A DNA stretch of 64,000 nucleotides from Actinomycetota bacterium (GCA_039799305.1 JBDLSZ010000052.1:2512-66511), one strand, 5' to 3'. Shown: positions 20,210 through 31,318, numbered from the stretch's first letter. Numbers and translations: made by a program. The notes: a model not told the origin generated them from the sequence alone.

Positions 20210-21078
20210 TAGGAAGGTACTACTCCTGCAAAGAGATCCATCTCGTGTCCACGAGAATCAAAAGGTTCGCTCTTCTGCCCCTTAACGAGCGTGTAGTACT
20301 CATTGCCCCACACTTGAAGTCCTAAGTTGTTGGAGAGTGCAAAGAAGGGGCCATCTACCTCAATCTGCGTTGAGTGTGCTCGCATAGCATCCATCTTCTT
20401 CTCCACATAAGCGTTGCCATCCACCATCGCATGAACGAAAGAATCATCCTTTGCAAAGGGAAGATCTTCTGCTTTCTCTGCTCCCATAAAGTCAGAGCCA
20501 ATCTTCTTCATTGCATCGATGCCCTCTTGTATGACAGAGCGTGGCATGACATTCAAATAAATCTTTTCGATACTCCAAGACGCTTTCTCAGATGCTCGCA
20601 TGGCAACGCGGTGGGCTTGAATGTGATCTGGATGCCCATATCCACCGATCTCGTCATAGGTGATGAGTACGTGTGGTTTTACTTCATCAATAACCTTTAC
20701 TAACTCATCTGATGCTGCCTCTAAATCTGCCTGCCAGAACACATCAGGGCGATTATTAGGCTCTGTTCCCATCATGCCGCTATCGCGATACTTAGTATCT
20801 GGATCACCCAGGAAACGGAAATCGGTAATACCTAAGGCCTTCATGGCAGCGGCTAACTCACCCACGCGATGCTCACCGAGTGAATCTGTTTCATGAGCTG
20901 CTAAATGCGCTAGATCTTTAACAAGGACTTCGCCTTCTTCACCGCGAGTGCAGGTCACCAAGGTGACATCTGCGCCAAGTGATGCATACATCGCCATCGT
21001 GCTTCCATTATTGATGGTCTCATCATCAGGGTGTGCATGAACGAGCAGCATGCGATAACCCTTATAACTAGTAAGCAT
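20209..21078 (-). CDS. mshB: GlcNAc-Ins deacetylase (mycothiol biosynthesis)
   Basis: [48 protein letters not shown]. Confidence 0.93.
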   Translation of the reverse strand: MLTSYKGYRMLLVHAHPDDETINNGSTMAMYASLGADVTLVTCTRGEEGEVLVKDLAHLAAHETDSLGEHRVGELAAAMKALGITDFRFLGDPDTKYRDSGMMGTEPNNRPDVFWQADLEAASDELVKVIDEVKPHVLITYDEIGGYGHPDHIQAHRVAMRASEKASWSIEKIYLNVMPRSVIQEGIDAMKKIGSDFMGAEKAEDLPFAKDDSFVHAMVDGNAYVEKKMDAMRAHSTQIEVDGPFFALSNNLGLQVWGNEYYTLVKGQKSEPFDSRGHEMDLFAGVVPS

Positions 21079-22259
21079 TAATAGACCGGCAGGGTTGTAT
21101 CGATCTGCTTAGCCCATGCAATAACGCCTCCAAAGACGTGGGAAGCATCAGCAAAGCCTGCGTTCTTGAGTATTGCTAAACACTCAGCAGAGCGAACACC
21201 ACTCTTACAGTGCAGAACGATTGGTTTATCTTGTGGCAGCGATGCGAGCACACTGCCGTCGATAAATCCTTGCTTAGGAATTAGGTGCGCTGTGGGAATA
21301 TTGACGATTTCATACTCACTAGGTTCACGAACATCGATGAGATAGAAATTGTCTTTATTATCAATCTTGGACTTCAGTTCTTGCACAGTAATAGTTGAAC
21401 CTGAGCTTGCCTCTTGTGCTGCCTCTGAGAGAGTTCCGCAGAATGCTTCGTAATCAGGAAGTAGCGCAGTCTGTGTTGCATTCTCGCTACACAAAGGACA
21501 GTTAGGATCTTTACGCACCTTAATCTTGCGGAAAGTCATATCGAGTGCGTCATAGACCATCAATGAACCAATCAGCGGCTCGCCAACACCTGTGAGCACT
21601 TTGATTGCTTCCGTTGTTTGAATTGAACCAATGGTTGCGCAGAGAACTCCGAGTACGCCACCTTCGGCGCAACTTGGAACCATGCCCGGAGGTGGTGGTT
21701 CTGGATAGAGACAGCGATAGCAAGGACCGTACTCGGCCCAGAAAACACTTGCTTGACCATCGAAGCGATAGATAGAGCCCCACACATATGGCTTCTTGAG
21801 AAGCACACATGCATCGTTAACTAAATAGCGTGTTGCAAAGTTATCTGTTCCATCCACGATGATGTCGTATTGAGAGAAAATCTCCATCACATTGGAGTTA
21901 TCAAGACGAGTCTCATGGAGAATGACATTGACGAAAGGATTAATCTCTGCGATTTTCTCTTTCGCACTCAGCGCTTTGCTCTTTCCAATATCTGATTGCC
22001 CATGAATGATTTGACGCTGAAGATTTGATTCATCGACGGTATCGAATTCAACAATGCCCAATGTGCCAACGCCAGCTGCTGCAAGATACATAAGTGCTGG
22101 AGAACCGAGTCCACCAGCTCCAACGCAGAGAACTTTTGCATTCATCAAACGTTGCTGACCTGCCATTGCTACGTCAGGGATGATCAAATGGCGGCTATAG
22201 CGGCGCACTTCATCAACGGTAAGAGCAGGTCCTGGCGAGACTAAAGGGGGCGTCTTCAT
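21078..22259 (-). CDS. moeB: MoeB/MoeZ adenylyltransferase-sulfurtransferase (ThiF plus rhodanese)
   Basis: RYSRH, GAGGLG, SNLQRQ, CYRC/CPLC zinc motifs, [10 protein letters not shown], rhodanese CKSGVRS. Start trimmed to ATG 22259. Confidence 0.93.
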   Translation of the reverse strand: MKTPPLVSPGPALTVDEVRRYSRHLIIPDVAMAGQQRLMNAKVLCVGAGGLGSPALMYLAAAGVGTLGIVEFDTVDESNLQRQIIHGQSDIGKSKALSAKEKIAEINPFVNVILHETRLDNSNVMEIFSQYDIIVDGTDNFATRYLVNDACVLLKKPYVWGSIYRFDGQASVFWAEYGPCYRCLYPEPPPPGMVPSCAEGGVLGVLCATIGSIQTTEAIKVLTGVGEPLIGSLMVYDALDMTFRKIKVRKDPNCPLCSENATQTALLPDYEAFCGTLSEAAQEASSGSTITVQELKSKIDNKDNFYLIDVREPSEYEIVNIPTAHLIPKQGFIDGSVLASLPQDKPIVLHCKSGVRSAECLAILKNAGFADASHVFGGVIAWAKQIDTTLPVY

Positions 22260-22314
22260 GCAGGTAATTCTGCCGTACTGTGCCTTTCGTGGCGAATTCA
22301 GTACGATTCGCACA

Positions 22315-22950
22315 ATGACTACAGAATCAGCAACTGCAAACAATTCGCGTTCAGATAAGTCTCGCCTTCCTCGCGATGAACGACGCGCAATTCTGCTCTC
22401 TGCCGCCCTCGAAGTTTTCACTGCGGCTGGCTATCACTCAGCAGCGATGGATGAGATCGCAGATCGAGCAAATGTCAGCAAGCCTGTTCTCTATCAGCAC
22501 TTTCCATCCAAGCTCGATCTCTATCTTGCTGTTCTCGATCTTCATATTGATTCATTGGTCTTTGAGATTCAAAAGGCAATTTCTTCAACTCCCGATAATG
22601 AACAACGCGTTCATGTGACTATTGAGGCTTACTTCAACTTTATTGAAAATGAAGGAGAAGCATTCCGTCTTCTCTTTGAAAGCGATATGAGCGTTGAACC
22701 ACAAGTGCGTGAACGTCTCAATCGAATGACATATGACTGTGCCGCTGCTGTTTCCGGTGTGATCTCAAATGACACAGGTCTTCCCAAGGAAGCTGCAATG
22801 ATGCTTGGAGTTGGATTAATTGGTTATGTCCAGGTCACAGCGCGCCACTGGCTTGAGCGTGATAGCAAACTCACACGTCAGCAAGCGATGGATCTCGTTG
22901 AAAACCTCATGTGGCGAGGAATATCTGGATTTCCCCGTACAGACTCTTAG
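22315..22950 (+). CDS. TetR/AcrR-family regulator
   Basis: GYHSAAMDEIADRANVSKPVLYQHFPSK HTH, C-terminal WRGISGFP. Confidence 0.92.
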   Translation: MTTESATANNSRSDKSRLPRDERRAILLSAALEVFTAAGYHSAAMDEIADRANVSKPVLYQHFPSKLDLYLAVLDLHIDSLVFEIQKAISSTPDNEQRVHVTIEAYFNFIENEGEAFRLLFESDMSVEPQVRERLNRMTYDCAAAVSGVISNDTGLPKEAAMMLGVGLIGYVQVTARHWLERDSKLTRQQAMDLVENLMWRGISGFPRTDS

Positions 22951-22966
22951 CGAATAAGATAGGTAC

Positions 22967-23218
22967 ATGAGTTCAAAGAAATCTGAAAAAGCAGCAAAAG
23001 TTCGCATCTCCATTACCAATGTTGGAAGTGAACTCTCTTTTGACTGCCCTTCAACTCCCGCTGAGATCAAGAGCGCAGTTACTGCTGCTCTGACAGCGCA
23101 GACACCACTTTCTCTTCAAGATGTACAGGGACACGAGATCATCGTCCCTGCGGACAAGATTGGTTATGTCGAAATCGGCGAGCCAGCTGAACGCCGCGTC
23201 GGTTTCGGCGTTGTGTAA
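22967..23218 (+). CDS. DUF3107-family protein
   Basis: IVPADKIGYVEIG..ERRVGFG; sits between TetR and the DEAD helicase. Confidence 0.9.
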   Translation: MSSKKSEKAAKVRISITNVGSELSFDCPSTPAEIKSAVTAALTAQTPLSLQDVQGHEIIVPADKIGYVEIGEPAERRVGFGVV

Positions 23219-24580
23219 GTGAGCCTGACTTTCGCAGATCTTCCTCTTCGCAAGGAAACAATTGATGCTCTCCACGAGCATGGCTTCACTTCCCCTTTCC
23301 CTATTCAAGAGATGGTGATGCCTATTGCACTCGCTGATGGCGATGTCATCGGTCAGGCAAAGACAGGAACAGGAAAGACTCTCGCATTCGGTATTCCCGT
23401 TATTGAACGTGTTATCGCACCTAATGATGCAGATTGGGCCCAGCTTCCTAATCAAGGTAAGCCTCAGGTACTCATCGTTGTTCCAACGCGCGAACTCTGT
23501 GTGCAGGTCACCAAGGATGTTGAAGAGCTCTCATTTAACCGTGGCATTCGCACACTGGCTGTCTACGGTGGTCGCGCATTCGAGCCACAGATTGAAGCTC
23601 TTAATAATGGAGTTGAAATCGTTGTTGGAACACCTGGCCGCCTCCTAGATCTCTATCGCCAAGGTCAGCTCACACTGAAGTTTGTCTCTCGCGTAGTACT
23701 CGATGAAGCAGATGAGATGCTTGATCTGGGCTTCTTGCCTGATGTTGAAAAGATCTTTACAAGTACCCCAGCACGCCAGCAGACAATGCTTTTCTCAGCA
23801 ACAATGCCTGGCGACATCATCGCTCTCGCTCGCCGCTTCATGAATCAGCCAGTACATATTCGTACTCAAGATAATGAAGATGAAGGCGCAGTGGTCTCAC
23901 GCATCGAACAGCATGTTGTTCGTGCCCATGCCATGGATAAGATTGAAATGCTGGCTCGTATTCTTCAAGCAGATGGCCGTGGACCAACAATCGTCTTCTG
24001 CCGCACCAAGCGCACAGCTCAAAAGACTTCTGATGATCTCTTTGAACGTGGATTCCGTGCAGCAACAATCCATGGAGATCTCGGACAATCAGCGCGTGAG
24101 AAAGCGCTCAATGACTTCAAGGCAGGCAAATCAGATGTTCTGATTGCAACAGATGTTGCGGCCCGCGGAATTGATATCGATGGCATTACCCACGTGATTA
24201 ACTACCAATGCCCTGAAGATGAGAAGACGTATGTTCACCGCATTGGTCGTACTGCTCGCGCAGGAGCAGCAGGAATTGCAGTGACCTTTGTTGATTGGGA
24301 TGAGCTAGCTCGCTGGAAGATGATCGACACAGCGCTCGTGCTGGGATTACCAGAACCTGTAGAGACCTATTCATCATCTGAGCATCTCTTTGAAATGCTC
24401 AACATCCCTGCAGGATCTTCAGGGCGAATGAATAAGAAGAGCGCTACACCGGTCGACAAACCAAAGAGTGATCGTCCAAAGACAGATCGTTCCAAGAGTG
24501 AAAAGGCAGTTGAGCCAAAGAAGCCAGCAGCCGATCGCATCAAGCGCGAACGCACTCGCACAAAGCGAATTTCTGAGTAG
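23219..24580 (+). CDS. DEAD-box RNA helicase
   Basis: AKTGTGKT, PTREL, TPGR, DEAD, SAT, ARGID, HRIGRTAR; basic C-terminal tail. Confidence 0.97.
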   Translation: MSLTFADLPLRKETIDALHEHGFTSPFPIQEMVMPIALADGDVIGQAKTGTGKTLAFGIPVIERVIAPNDADWAQLPNQGKPQVLIVVPTRELCVQVTKDVEELSFNRGIRTLAVYGGRAFEPQIEALNNGVEIVVGTPGRLLDLYRQGQLTLKFVSRVVLDEADEMLDLGFLPDVEKIFTSTPARQQTMLFSATMPGDIIALARRFMNQPVHIRTQDNEDEGAVVSRIEQHVVRAHAMDKIEMLARILQADGRGPTIVFCRTKRTAQKTSDDLFERGFRAATIHGDLGQSAREKALNDFKAGKSDVLIATDVAARGIDIDGITHVINYQCPEDEKTYVHRIGRTARAGAAGIAVTFVDWDELARWKMIDTALVLGLPEPVETYSSSEHLFEMLNIPAGSSGRMNKKSATPVDKPKSDRPKTDRSKSEKAVEPKKPAADRIKRERTRTKRISE

Positions 24581-24587
24581 CTACCTT

Positions 24588-25199
24588 TTAGCTTGCAGCG
24601 AATGTCTTAATTGCATTTGCCAACATTTGAACAGCAATAGCTGCAAGTAAGAGGCCGGCAATACTTGCAAGAAGTGTCACACCAGAATCCTTAATGAGGC
24701 CAACAATCTTTGTTGATGCCATCAAGACAGTTCCAATAATGAGATGCACCGCAAGGATTGCGATCACCAAGCCAAGAATCTGGGCATTGGTATCTGCCTT
24801 CTGCACATAAATCATTGTGGCAACGATTGCACCAGGTCCTGCAAGAAGAGGTGTTCCTAGTGGAACCATTCCAATGTTATCGCTTGCATTTTCTGTGCCC
24901 GTGTTTTTATTCCCAGTCAGAAGTTGCAGAGCAACATAGAGAAGTAGTAACCCACCAGCTGCTTGTAGCGCTTCAATTGAAACATTCATGTAATCAAGAA
25001 TGAAACGACCAAAGAGTGCAAAGCTTGCAATAACAAAGAGGGAGACTCCTGCAGCCTGCCATGCAAGGCGCACTCGCTCACGTGGAGATTTATCCCCCAC
25101 GAGGCCCAAGAAGATTGGCGTTGCACCCGGTGGATCCATGATGACAAAGAGTGTGACAAAGGCTTGCGTGGCAAAGGTAACTGCTCCTAGTGAATTCAT
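24588..25199 (-). CDS. MarC-family membrane protein
   Basis: LFVIMDPPG, VPLGTPLLAGPGAI; ATGA overlap with the PHP gene. Confidence 0.92.
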   Translation of the reverse strand: MNSLGAVTFATQAFVTLFVIMDPPGATPIFLGLVGDKSPRERVRLAWQAAGVSLFVIASFALFGRFILDYMNVSIEALQAAGGLLLLYVALQLLTGNKNTGTENASDNIGMVPLGTPLLAGPGAIVATMIYVQKADTNAQILGLVIAILAVHLIIGTVLMASTKIVGLIKDSGVTLLASIAGLLLAAIAVQMLANAIKTFAAS

Positions 25200-26041
25200 T
25201 TCTTCACAACCCTTCGCGCATCTGCAAGTGACTCTAATTGTTCCCATTGTGCCTGATGAGTTGTGTTTTCTGCTAAAGCATTAAGTTTGCCTGTGCCGTG
25301 ATAGTCACTTGAGCCTGTCATAACGAGATTTAACTCTTGAGCAATCGTGGTCAGCGTCGCTTGCTCTTGCGCGTTCTGATCACGGTGATGCACTTCAATC
25401 CCATTCAGACCTGCTGCAACGAGATCAGAGAATGTTGAAGCAGTAATGATCTGTCCGCGGCGAGAGGCAAATGGGTGAGCAATCACTGCTACTCCCCCAG
25501 CCTTACGAATTGTTGTAATGGCATCTACGGGTGTTGGCGCGGCATGAGTTACATAATATTTCGACTCATTATTGAGTAAATCCAAGAATGCCTCATCACG
25601 AGATGCAACTACGCCGTTTGCAACAAGAGCATCTGCTAAATGAGGACGTCCCACTGTGGCACCTTCTGGGGTTGCTCTATAGACATCATTGATTGAGATG
25701 TTGATTCCATCTGCGCTAAGGAGCTCAACCATTTTGCGCATACGTGGCACACGAGTATCACGTGAATCTGCAAGCATCTGCTGCATCACTTGATCTTCGC
25801 CATCAAAGAGAAGTCCAAGCATATGAACGCTAATGCCATCTGTCGTAAGACAGGAAATTTCTGCACCCAGTACCAGTTCAATCTGAGGTTGAATAGCAGA
25901 GACAGCTTCTGCCCACCCTGCAGTTGAATCATGATCGGTAATGGCAAGAGTTGTAATCCCTGCAGCTAACGCCTTCTTCACGAGAGCAAAGGGCGCATCT
26001 GTTCCATCGCTACAGGTTGTATGAGTGTGAAGATCAATCAT
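25196..26041 (-). CDS. PHP-domain phosphoesterase (TrpH/YciV-like)
   Basis: DLHTHTTCSDG, ITDHD, GRPH, AHP, GSSDYHG. Confidence 0.92.
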   Translation of the reverse strand: MIDLHTHTTCSDGTDAPFALVKKALAAGITTLAITDHDSTAGWAEAVSAIQPQIELVLGAEISCLTTDGISVHMLGLLFDGEDQVMQQMLADSRDTRVPRMRKMVELLSADGINISINDVYRATPEGATVGRPHLADALVANGVVASRDEAFLDLLNNESKYYVTHAAPTPVDAITTIRKAGGVAVIAHPFASRRGQIITASTFSDLVAAGLNGIEVHHRDQNAQEQATLTTIAQELNLVMTGSSDYHGTGKLNALAENTTHQAQWEQLESLADARRVVKK

Positions 26042-26949
26042 TGTTCTACCGTCACACTTTCTGGCCGAGTACGAAGCACCACAAGTATGCATCCAAGGAG
26101 AATAAGAATAACTCCGGGAATAATGGACAGAGTCGGTTGTTTACCAATATCAAAGACCATCGCCACAATTGCGGCAACGGGAACTTCAAAGAAGACAATC
26201 ATGGAAACTACTGCTGGTGATACTCGCTTTAATGTCATGTTAAACATTGTGTGTCCAAGGATTTGTGCTCCGATGATGAGTCCAAGCAAGATCCACCATT
26301 CGCGAAGAGCAAAGCCGACAATGTCATATCCAGAAAAGAGCGCCATTGGAAGTGCGGTCATTGCGCAGACGAAGTAACAGATAGTCGTATAGGAAGTAGT
26401 CGCCAAAGTTTGCTGAGCACGGGAACCAATTAACATGTAGGCCGCTGCGAGCGCTCCCGAAATTAACGCTGCAAGGTCACCCATAAATGATCTGCGATCG
26501 AGTTGCAGATCAATGCCGGTCACAACAAGCACTCCTGTAAAACTGATCAGCATTCCAAGCCAGGCCTTTGTCGGAATATGTCCACCAGTGAGCTTGACGA
26601 AGAATGCGGCAAAGATTGGTTGCGTTGCAACAATTGCAGTTCCAGCAGTCACACTCGTCATGCGCATTGATAAGAAGAATCCCACAAAGTGAACTGCGAG
26701 CACGATGCCAGCTAGTACTGCCCACTTCACACCGGTGCGATCTAATCTGTGGCGAAGAGCAAATGGCAGAGTCATGAGAGATCCACCAAGATTGCGCCAG
26801 AAAATTAAGGTCGGCACAGGCATAGCGCTGAGGGCGATGAGTGGGCCAGATGAGCCAATTCCAAATATCCCGATTATTAGACGAATGAGGTCAGGTCGTG
26901 CGGGCAGCTCAGTGTGGTTATGAACTGTTGCTTTCTGGACCTCGGACAT
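26038..26949 (-). CDS. DMT/EamA-family transporter
   Basis: About ten TM helices in two EamA repeats (TQPIF, GDLAAL, GHTMFN, EVPVA). Confidence 0.88.
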   Translation of the reverse strand: MSEVQKATVHNHTELPARPDLIRLIIGIFGIGSSGPLIALSAMPVPTLIFWRNLGGSLMTLPFALRHRLDRTGVKWAVLAGIVLAVHFVGFFLSMRMTSVTAGTAIVATQPIFAAFFVKLTGGHIPTKAWLGMLISFTGVLVVTGIDLQLDRRSFMGDLAALISGALAAAYMLIGSRAQQTLATTSYTTICYFVCAMTALPMALFSGYDIVGFALREWWILLGLIIGAQILGHTMFNMTLKRVSPAVVSMIVFFEVPVAAIVAMVFDIGKQPTLSIIPGVILILLGCILVVLRTRPESVTVEQ

Positions 26950-26990
26950 AAGGCAAACCTAGTCGATACCTCAACGGTTACTCTTATCCC

Positions 26991-28292
26991 ATGAGCGGAA
27001 ATAACATCAATCGCATATTTCTCGCCCGTCTTGCTGGAACTGCAGTCTTTGACCCAAATGGGGATCCTGTTGGCAAGGTGCGCGATGCTGTCGCGACCCT
27101 TCGTTCTAATAACCAATCACCACGCGTACTTGGTTTAGTTGTAGAAGTTCCTCTTCGTCGTCGAGTCTTTGTTCCGATCACTCGTGTTACCTCTATTGAA
27201 TCTGGCGCTGTTGTTATTACAGGTTTGCTCAACATGCGACGTTTTGAAACACGCGCTGGCGAGATGTTGGTCCTGGGAGATTTACTGGACCGCACTATTG
27301 CATTGACTGAAAATAATGAAGATGTACTTGTCGAAGATATGGGCATGGAGCAAAACCGCACTGGTGACTGGCTCATTACTCGTGTTCACATTATGCGCAA
27401 GGGACGTGGCTTACGTCGCAAGGGCGCCACATCAACTGTTACCTGGGAAGAAGTGACCGGCTTTGCACAACACGAAACCAATCAAGGAGTTTCAAACCTT
27501 CTCTCCACCCTCAGCAACTTGCGCGCTGCTGACTTAGCTGCAGTGATTCAAGATTTGGCACCAAAGCGTCGCGTTGAAGTTGCACGTGCTCTCGATGATG
27601 AACGTCTTGCAGATGTTCTTGAAGAGATGGATGAATCCGAGCGCGTTGCACTCATGGCTGAACTTGAAGGCGAACGTGCTGCTGACATTCTGGAGGAGAT
27701 GGATCCAGATGATGCAGCTGACTTGCTGCGCGAAATTGGCGAAGAGCGCGCTCAAGAATTGATTGGCTTGATGGATCCTGAAGATGCTGAAGATGTTCTG
27801 CGCCTCATGACCTATGAAGATTACTCAGCCGGCGGAATGATGACGACAGAACCAATTGTGATGTCAGCTGATTACACAGTTGCAGATGCACTTGCTGCCG
27901 TGCGCCAGAGTGAGATTTCACCTGCGCTTGCTTCACAAGTCTTTATTGCGCGTCAGCCACTAGAGACTCCTACCGGTCGCTTTATTGGAATGGTGCACTA
28001 CCAGCGCCTTCTGCGCGAACCGCCTTCAACGCTTCTAGGCTCAATCGTTGATACCAATACTCAGGGCGTTAATCCCGATGCATCGCTGCATGCAGTTTCG
28101 TCATACTTGGCTAGTTATAACTTGCTCTCATTGCCTGTTATCGATGCCAATGATCGCCTCTTAGGCGCCGTCACTGTCGATGACGTGCTCGATCACTTGT
28201 TGCCTACTAACTGGCGCCATGATCACAGAGATTCAGCTGCCACAACGGCTGCTCTTGAAAGTATTGACACTAATTTCACCGAGGAGGTGTAA
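26991..28292 (+). CDS. PRC-barrel / MgtE-N / CBS-domain protein (Rv1232c-like)
   Basis: N-terminal PRC barrel, acidic repeats LEEMDPDDAADLL, SAGGMMTTE, TVDDVLDHLLP; no MgtE membrane domain. Confidence 0.88.
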   Translation: MSGNNINRIFLARLAGTAVFDPNGDPVGKVRDAVATLRSNNQSPRVLGLVVEVPLRRRVFVPITRVTSIESGAVVITGLLNMRRFETRAGEMLVLGDLLDRTIALTENNEDVLVEDMGMEQNRTGDWLITRVHIMRKGRGLRRKGATSTVTWEEVTGFAQHETNQGVSNLLSTLSNLRAADLAAVIQDLAPKRRVEVARALDDERLADVLEEMDESERVALMAELEGERAADILEEMDPDDAADLLREIGEERAQELIGLMDPEDAEDVLRLMTYEDYSAGGMMTTEPIVMSADYTVADALAAVRQSEISPALASQVFIARQPLETPTGRFIGMVHYQRLLREPPSTLLGSIVDTNTQGVNPDASLHAVSSYLASYNLLSLPVIDANDRLLGAVTVDDVLDHLLPTNWRHDHRDSAATTAALESIDTNFTEEV

Positions 28293-28294
28293 CG

Positions 28295-28789
28295 ATGGCA
28301 CGCAACTTTGGTTTGGATACACCGCGCGAGACGCGTCGTTCACTCCGTGGAAATATTGATCCAGAAACTTTTGGTCGTCTCTCAGAACGTTTCGCGCGTT
28401 TCTTAGGCACCGCTCGCTTCTTGGTCTATATGACGGCATTTGTTGTCAGCTGGGTTCTCTGGAATACCTTGGCGCCACAAGATATTCGCTTTGATACCTA
28501 TCCATTTATCTTCCTCACGCTGATTCTCTCGCTTCAAGCATCATATGCAGCTCCACTTATTTTGCTTGCTCAAAATCGTCAAGCAGACCGTGACCGTATT
28601 GCTCTCAATGAAGATCGTGCGCAGAATGCTCGAAGCATCGCAGATACTGAATATCTCACTCGCGAACTTGCAAGCCTTCGTATCGCTTTAGGTGATGTGG
28701 CAACTCGTGACTACTTGCGCAATGAACTTGGCGATATGGCGAAGGAAATTGTTGTAGAGCTACGCAAGCCCGAGTCTGACGCCAAGTAG
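28295..28789 (+). CDS. DUF1003-domain membrane protein
   Basis: FDTYPFIFLTLILSLQASYAAPLILLAQNRQ. Confidence 0.93.
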   Translation: MARNFGLDTPRETRRSLRGNIDPETFGRLSERFARFLGTARFLVYMTAFVVSWVLWNTLAPQDIRFDTYPFIFLTLILSLQASYAAPLILLAQNRQADRDRIALNEDRAQNARSIADTEYLTRELASLRIALGDVATRDYLRNELGDMAKEIVVELRKPESDAK

Positions 28790-29878
28790 AGATTTTTCGC
28801 GCACGATTAATTGAGAAACAATTGCTTCAATTGCCTTGGCACTTGGGCTATCAGGAGCTGAGATCACAACCGGAGAACCTGCATCTCCACCTTCGCGAAG
28901 ATCAGGGCTAAAGGGAATCTTTCCCAGCAGTGGCACATCAGAGCCCACTAATTGCGAGAGTCGTCGAGAAGTCTCTTCTCCTCCACCTTCACCAAAGAGC
29001 GAGGTGAGTTCGCCGCATTTGGCGCATGGATATGCAGACATATTTTCAATGACGCCAATAACTCGTTGGTGAATCTGATGCGCAATACGCCCTGCACGCT
29101 CAGCAACTTCAGCTGCTGCAACTTGCGGAGTAGTCACAACAACAATCTCTGATGAAGGAACTAATTGACCCAATGAGATAGCAAGATCGCCGGTGCCCGG
29201 TGGAAGATCGATATAGAGAAGATCAAGATCGCCCCAATAGGCATCAGAGAGCAACTGTTCTAATACGCGATGGAGTAACGGACCACGATAAGCGATGGCA
29301 TCAGATCGCTCTGGCTTAAACATCTCCATGGAAACAGTCTTCACACCGAAAGATTCCAGTGGGATAAACATCTGATCGATTGCTGTGGGACGCTGACCAA
29401 TCAGGCCCATCAGACGTGGAATCGAATGGCCATAGACATCTGCATCAAGAATTCCAACGCGTAAGCCCTTTTGCGCAGATGCCACAGCAAGATTTGCAGT
29501 CAGTGAAGATTTACCAACTCCACCCTTACCCGATGCAACTCCAATGACACGTGTGAGCGAATCCTTCTGTGCGAATGAGATAAAGCTTTCGCGGCCATTG
29601 CGAAGTAGCTTCTTGATATTTGCCCTTTGCTCTTCATCCATCACACCGAATGTGAGCTCAATGGCAGAAATACCATCCACTGCCGTAACCGCACTTTCAA
29701 TATCTTTCTGCAAGCGATCGCGCATAGGACATCCTGAAATTGTCAGGAGAATTTCTAAGTGAGCAATAGAACCTTTGATTTCAACAGATTTGACCATGCC
29801 GAGCTCAGGGAGAGCGCGGTGAAGTTCAGGGTCCTGAACGGTTGCAAGTGCTGCATGGACTGATTCAAGAATTGTCAT
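28760..29878 (-). CDS. mrp: Mrp/NBP35 Fe-S cluster carrier ATPase
   Basis: N-terminal DUF59 (DPEL..GCP), SGKGGVGKS, DADVYG, DLPPGTGD, VTTPQ, ENMS..CAKC. Confidence 0.95.
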   Translation of the reverse strand: MTILESVHAALATVQDPELHRALPELGMVKSVEIKGSIAHLEILLTISGCPMRDRLQKDIESAVTAVDGISAIELTFGVMDEEQRANIKKLLRNGRESFISFAQKDSLTRVIGVASGKGGVGKSSLTANLAVASAQKGLRVGILDADVYGHSIPRLMGLIGQRPTAIDQMFIPLESFGVKTVSMEMFKPERSDAIAYRGPLLHRVLEQLLSDAYWGDLDLLYIDLPPGTGDLAISLGQLVPSSEIVVVTTPQVAAAEVAERAGRIAHQIHQRVIGVIENMSAYPCAKCGELTSLFGEGGGEETSRRLSQLVGSDVPLLGKIPFSPDLREGGDAGSPVVISAPDSPSAKAIEAIVSQLIVREKSLLGVRLGLA

Positions 29879-30180
29879 AGAAGATCAGGATCTATTGTGC
29901 TGGTGCGCTTAGACGTTGTCGGTGATTCATCATCATCTAAGACGCTAGAGAGCTGCTTCTTGATAAAACTCTTTGGGTTCAAATCGGTAGGTTTGAGATC
30001 TTCAAAACCTGGGCCAAGATTTTCTTTCAGTTCTTCTGTGGCCTTGGAGGCCATTTCACGGACGCGCTTTACAAACTTTGCAGCATCAACGGCAAAATTA
30101 GGCAGGCGTTCTGGGCCGATAAGAATCATCGCAAGAATTGCAAGGCCGATTAACTCACCCGCACCGAAATCGAAGAACAT
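29875..30180 (-). CDS. tatB: Sec-independent translocase TatB
   Basis: MFFDFGAGE..IGPERLP..DLNPKSFIKK; follows htrA. Confidence 0.9.
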   Translation of the reverse strand: MFFDFGAGELIGLAILAMILIGPERLPNFAVDAAKFVKRVREMASKATEELKENLGPGFEDLKPTDLNPKSFIKKQLSSVLDDDESPTTSKRTSTIDPDLL

Positions 30181-30199
30181 AGTGGTGAACCTTACTCTG

Positions 30200-31318
30200 C
30201 TACTTCGAAGCCGTCAGTGTCAGAGTTGCGCTCTTGCTTTCAGAGCCACGCTTATATGTCACAACGACTGAATCTCCAACGCTGAGGGAGCGAATTGTCA
30301 CGATGAGCTCTTCAGGAGAAGTGATGGGGCGACCATCAATCTCTGTGATGATGTCACCTGATTTCATGCCAGCTTTGGCCGCAGGACCGCCCGGCAAAAT
30401 TGCTTGTGCATTCTTTGCAATCATCGCGCCATTACCTGAGAAATTCATATCGACGGAAATTCCCATGACTGGGTAGGTTGCTTTGCCATTCTTAATCAAT
30501 TGATCCGCAGTCTTGCGCGCTTGATTGATGGGGATTGCAAATCCCAAACCAATAGAGCCTGTTTGAGAGTTAAAGCTTGAACCAAGGGATGCAATCGCAG
30601 AGTTAACACCGATGACCGAACCTGTCGCATCCACGAGTGGTCCCCCAGAATTTCCAGGGTTAATGGCAGCATCTGTTTGTAGTGCGTTGATAAATGAATT
30701 TTCAGAGCTAGATTCTCCAGCAGTAACGGCGCGGTCTTTGGCGCTAATAATTCCAAGTGTGACGGTTCCTGTTAATCCCAGTGGTGAACCAATTGCTATG
30801 ACGGAATCTCCCACTGCAACCTTGTCACTATCTCCAAATTGAAGAGCTTTCAGTGATGCACCTACAATTTTTAGTACGGCTAAGTCATATGAGCTATCGC
30901 GCCCAACTACCTTTGCATCAAAAGATGATCCATCATTAAGGCGAACAGTGATATCTCCACCGCTTGTCACAGAGGCTGCAATCACATGGTTATTGGTGAG
31001 AATGTATCCGCTGCTATCTATTACAAATCCGGAACCAGTTGCCCCACCACCTGAAGCTTGCGCCTCGATGGAAACAACTGATGGCAATACTCGCTGGGCA
31101 ATTTCTGCTACTGAGCCAGCTGGTCGCTCTATCGCAGATGTGGATCTCACTAAGTTCACTGAACGACCGAAGAGGGAGCCTGATGATGAAGCACCGAATG
31201 CTCCTGCGATGACGCCAACAACAATGGCTAGAACAATGGCAGAGCGAAGAGTGATGTTCTTTCCAAGTCCGCTCTTACTGGGAGCATCCCACCAAGGGCC
31301 ACCGCTATTTATGCTCAT
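30200..31318 (-). CDS. htrA: HtrA-family serine protease with PDZ domain
   Basis: TM anchor, LTNNHV, DLAV, QTDAAINPGNSGGPL, C-terminal PDZ. Confidence 0.94.
   Translation of the reverse strand: MSINSGGPWWDAPSKSGLGKNITLRSAIVLAIVVGVIAGAFGASSSGSLFGRSVNLVRSTSAIERPAGSVAEIAQRVLPSVVSIEAQASGGGATGSGFVIDSSGYILTNNHVIAASVTSGGDITVRLNDGSSFDAKVVGRDSSYDLAVLKIVGASLKALQFGDSDKVAVGDSVIAIGSPLGLTGTVTLGIISAKDRAVTAGESSSENSFINALQTDAAINPGNSGGPLVDATGSVIGVNSAIASLGSSFNSQTGSIGLGFAIPINQARKTADQLIKNGKATYPVMGISVDMNFSGNGAMIAKNAQAILPGGPAAKAGMKSGDIITEIDGRPITSPEELIVTIRSLSVGDSVVVTYKRGSESKSATLTLTASK

Noticed and set aside
16844-22421. Long overlapping N-termini in the ORF track (dapC from 18145, cysS from 18148, fdxA from 18293, moeB from 22421)
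   Set aside because: Artefacts of choosing the most upstream start; motifs and -10/SD signals support the shorter starts.
24458-24505. Short imperfect repeats (KPKSDRPKTDRSKSE) in the helicase tail
   Set aside because: Ordinary low-complexity basic tail of DEAD-box helicases.
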